This document shows positions 21,289 to 24,000 of a stretch of 24,000 nucleotides of DNA, piece by piece; position 1 is the stretch's first letter; every line of letters starts with the position of its first letter. The notes under the pieces were generated by a model. It searched no databases. It was not told the DNA's origin and saw only the letters and a program-made list of their open reading frames with translations. Source of the DNA: an uncultured Eubacteriales bacterium (GTDB lineage Bacteria > Bacillota > Clostridia > TANB77 > UBA1234); contig CAYNRR010000015.1 of the NCBI GenBank assembly GCA_964400015.1, forward strand, positions 9,184 through 33,183, written 5' to 3'. A program made the translations under genes and the position numbers.

Positions 21289-21314
21289 CTTATTACGATG
21301 AAGGAGGAATTAGT

Positions 21315-21851
21315 ATGAATATTAAAGTAGTAGGAAAAAATATTGAGATTACAGCAGCAATAAAAGAATATATTGAAAAAAGAGTTGAAAGACTTGAAAA
21401 ATTTGAAGGCGCTAATACTGAAATTACAGTAGTATGTAGTGTTGAAAGAGAAGAACAAATCGTTGAAATTCAAATCAATCAAAATGGCGATTTCATAAGA
21501 ATTGAAGAAAGAAACAATGACTTGTATGCATCAGTTGACTTAGCAATTGATAAAGCAGAAAGACAATTAAGAAAAGAAAAAGAAAAAAGAGTTGAAAAAA
21601 ATAGAGAAGCATCACTAAAAGAAAAAGTTTTAGGACTTTTCAAAAATGGTGGAGCAGACGACGAAAACAAAGGTAAAATAACAAAAACAAAAACTTTTGA
21701 TATTAAGCCATTAACAGTAGAAGATGCAAAATTAAAATTAGAAGACGAAAGAGACACACTATTCTTACCATTTGTAAACGTTGAAACAAATCAAGTAAAC
21801 GTTATTTATAAAAGAGATGATGGCTCATTAGGAATAGTTGTACCAGAATAA
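21315..21851 (+). CDS. hpf: ribosome hibernation promoting factor, long form
   Basis: MNIKVVGKNIEITAAIKEYIEKRVERLEKF plus C-terminal domain IKPLTVEDAKLKLEDERDTLFLPFVNVETNQVNVIYKRDDGSLGIVVPE. Confidence 0.93.
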   Translation: MNIKVVGKNIEITAAIKEYIEKRVERLEKFEGANTEITVVCSVEREEQIVEIQINQNGDFIRIEERNNDLYASVDLAIDKAERQLRKEKEKRVEKNREASLKEKVLGLFKNGGADDENKGKITKTKTFDIKPLTVEDAKLKLEDERDTLFLPFVNVETNQVNVIYKRDDGSLGIVVPE

Positions 21852-21961
21852 AAATTTTCTAAAAAATACCATGATTAAAAAGCCGTTTTATGCACAATAT
21901 ATTATTGAAAAGATTTAAACATCTTTTTAAATAGTGTTTTAACTCTCGGAGGTGAAATAAA

Positions 21962-22162
21962 ATGGCAAAATCAACAGGTTATGAAGTTCCAGGTGCAAAA
22001 GAAGCAATGAACAAATTTAAGCAAGAAGTTGCTAGTGAAGTTGGTATTAACTTAAAACAAGGTTATAATGGAGACTTAACTTCAAAACAAGCTGGAACAA
22101 TCGGTGGAAACATGGTTAAGAAAATGATTCGCCAAGCAGAAAGCCAAATGTCTAATAAATAG
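21962..22162 (+). CDS. alpha/beta-type small acid-soluble spore protein
   Basis: FKQEVASEVG (germination protease site-like) and GGNMVKKMIRQAE; GGAGGTG upstream. Confidence 0.9.
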   Translation: MAKSTGYEVPGAKEAMNKFKQEVASEVGINLKQGYNGDLTSKQAGTIGGNMVKKMIRQAESQMSNK

Positions 22163-22224
22163 TGTATTATTAGACCTAAGTTTGATAGGTCTATAGTATA
22201 AATTGGATAAAAAAGAAATAAAAG

Positions 22225-22260
22225 CCTAGTAAAATTATAAAAGATTTTGCTAGGTTTTTT
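22225..22260 (+). terminator. Rho-independent terminator after the SASP gene
   Basis: CCTAGTAAAAT-tataaaag-ATTTTGCTAGG-TTTTTT. Confidence 0.85.
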
Positions 22261-22378
22261 CATGCGTTTCGATACATTACACTAATGTTACAAATATATT
22301 ACATTTTGCCATTGCTAAAAAAACATCAAACAAGTATGGTAAAATATGCGTGTATAAAAATAACATAGGAGGATTGTT

Positions 22379-24000
22379 ATGAAAAACAAATTTATAGCAT
22401 TAGTATTGATGGTTGTAACATTGATGCGGAATGACAGGAGTTGTGTATGCGAGACAAGAAGCGGGAACAACAGTTGGTGGTGGAGGAAGTAGCACAACGC
22501 ATAAACATTCATATAGTTATAAGACGACGTCAGCCACGTGTACAACAGAAGGAAAAAGAGTAGGAACGTGTTCGTGTGGTGCGACTACAACAGAAACAAT
22601 ACCTAAAAAAGCTCATGTTAGTGATGGCAAGTGGCACCAAAATTCTACTAGCCACTGGAACTCGTGTACTACATGTGGTGCACAATTGAATTTTGGAGGG
22701 CATAGTGGAACTTGGTATGATGGCGGTGATGGAAAACATTATAAGAATTGTTCAACATGTGGTAAATCAAAATACACATCAGCTAATCATAATAAGGGAA
22801 GTACAAAGAAATATGAAAACGACGATAAGCACCATATGAAATGTTCTGATTGTACATATGTATGGCCGTCATCTCATGACGAAAAGCATAATTGGGCTCA
22901 TGCAGAAGGCGATCACACTTGTTCTAATTGTGGCTATGTACTATCAGGAATACATCATTATTATGATGTAGCAGGTGATGCAAAGGAATTGTATACTTGT
23001 AAGTATAATGAGAAAGGAAATCCTTGCTCATATACAATAAGTATAGATGGAACTTCTATTTCAGCTGGTTTGTCAGCTATGTGGTACTGTGCTTCTGATG
23101 CTATCGAAAAAATGAAACCCGTGCCGGCGTTTCCAAAGGGAGTACATACATTTAATTATAGTGGAACTTTATATGATTCGCCTACAGGAGGTCCATATAC
23201 AAATTTAAAAGCACCAGATTCATGGTTTAAGTTACTTGGTTGGGGACAAAAAAGTGTATACACTCACGCTATGCCTAATATAAACCGTATATATGAAAAT
23301 GCCCAAGACGAAAATGGTGATTATACTATATCTCGTGCAGAAGCAACTAGTTCTGTTCTTAATTCTTCTTATGTAAGGCTTATGCAAACAGGACCGGCTG
23401 GATATTGGGATCAGGCAGACTATAACGGTGCTCTGAATGTTGCACGAGCTCGGAATGGGAGAATTTATGCCGACCTATGAGTTTGATGGTAAAACATTTA
23501 AAGTAGATTATTCCTCTTTAGGAAATGGTGGATGGGGATTTAAAGGAAGTCCATTTTTCCCTAACGATGATTTATACAGAAATGGTTCAGTATCAAAAGA
23601 AGGACCAATTGAAATAAGAGCGAATGTATATTACTGTTACAGAACTAAAGACAAAAATGGCAAATGGGTAGAAATACCTAAAAATGGTTACCCTACTGGG
23701 CTTGTGAAACATTCTTCTGTAGTTATATATAGTTCAGGCTTTAAGACACAACAAGTTACAGTAAATGCAGACATGAATTTAATAGACAAAACAGGATATA
23801 GATATGTAGGGTATTCTAAGAGTGTAGGTTCGCTGAATAACATTAAAGTAGGTTCAAATCCAACGACTTATAAAGAATCTTTGGCTACAGTTACTTTAAA
23901 TGGTGATTATAATAATAATGCAACTGCCGCAATAATAACCTTTTATGTCGAACCCGTAAAACTATCATGGGGTCAACAAGCAATAAACTATAACGGAGAC
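22379..24000 (+). CDS. large secreted Cys/His-rich protein needing two +1 shifts, join(22379..22426,22428..23450,23452..>24000), truncated by the window edge
   Basis: AGGAGG then ATG at 22379; frame 1 = MKNKFIALVLMVVTLM, frame 2 = MTGVVYARQEAG...NVARA, frame 3 = MGEFMPTYEFDGKTFKVDYSSLGNGGWG... open to the end; several CxxCG/HxxxC clusters. Confidence 0.8.
22427..22430 (+). other. +1 recoding site 2: CGGA in the signal peptide
   Basis: ATG CGG AAT in the zero frame; the +1 frame gives M-G-M-T-G-V-V-Y-A and completes a signal peptide. Confidence 0.75.
23451..23454 (+). other. +1 recoding site 3: CGGA in the body of the secreted protein
   Basis: GCT CGG AAT; zero frame stops at 23478-23480, the +1 frame is open for over 540 nt to the window end. 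Confidence 0.75.

Noticed and set aside
22427-23454. Simple pseudogene or sequencing-error explanation for the split secreted gene
   Set aside because: Not excluded, but disfavoured: both breaks and the secA break occur at the same CGGAA with the same sign, while thousands of other codons show no frame disruption apart from the classical prfB site.

Overview
Low-GC, spore-forming Firmicutes (Clostridia/Bacilli-like) chromosomal window, mostly housekeeping genes on the + strand: hrcA-grpE-dnaK-dnaJ-rsmE, yicC-remA-rpoZ-secA, prfB (classical CTT-TGA +1 frameshift), polC, a DUF1294-like membrane gene, long-form hpf, an alpha/beta SASP gene, and a large secreted Cys/His-rich protein running off the right edge. 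The most unusual signal is at in-frame CGG codons followed by A. CGG is almost absent as an in-frame codon over about 7000 codons. At three places where it occurs as CGG-A, the protein only makes sense if exactly one base (the C) is skipped and GGA is read as Gly: (1) secA C-terminus, CPC-[C]GGA, restoring the canonical SEC-C zinc motif DPCPCGSGKKYKKCCG; (2) inside the signal peptide of the secreted gene at 22379, giving MKNKFIALVLMVVTLM-[C]GGA-MTGVVYA; (3) 1023 nt later in the same gene, giving NVARA-[C]GGA-MGEF. All three share the pentamer CGGAA and the same +1 direction. This looks like recurrent +1 recoding at CGG(A), by 4-base decoding as Gly or by frameshifting at an unassigned or starved codon. 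I know of no described bacterial system of this kind. Other items: a minus-strand structured ncRNA (about 240 nt) with its own promoter and terminator downstream of prfB, a kissing-loop-like structured element near 14.3 kb, a duplicated 37-bp terminator flanking a toxin-like small gene, a strong palindromic secA leader, an extra CIRCE half-site at hrcA, and a probable ATT start for rsmE. All calls come from reading the sequence by eye; no database search was run.
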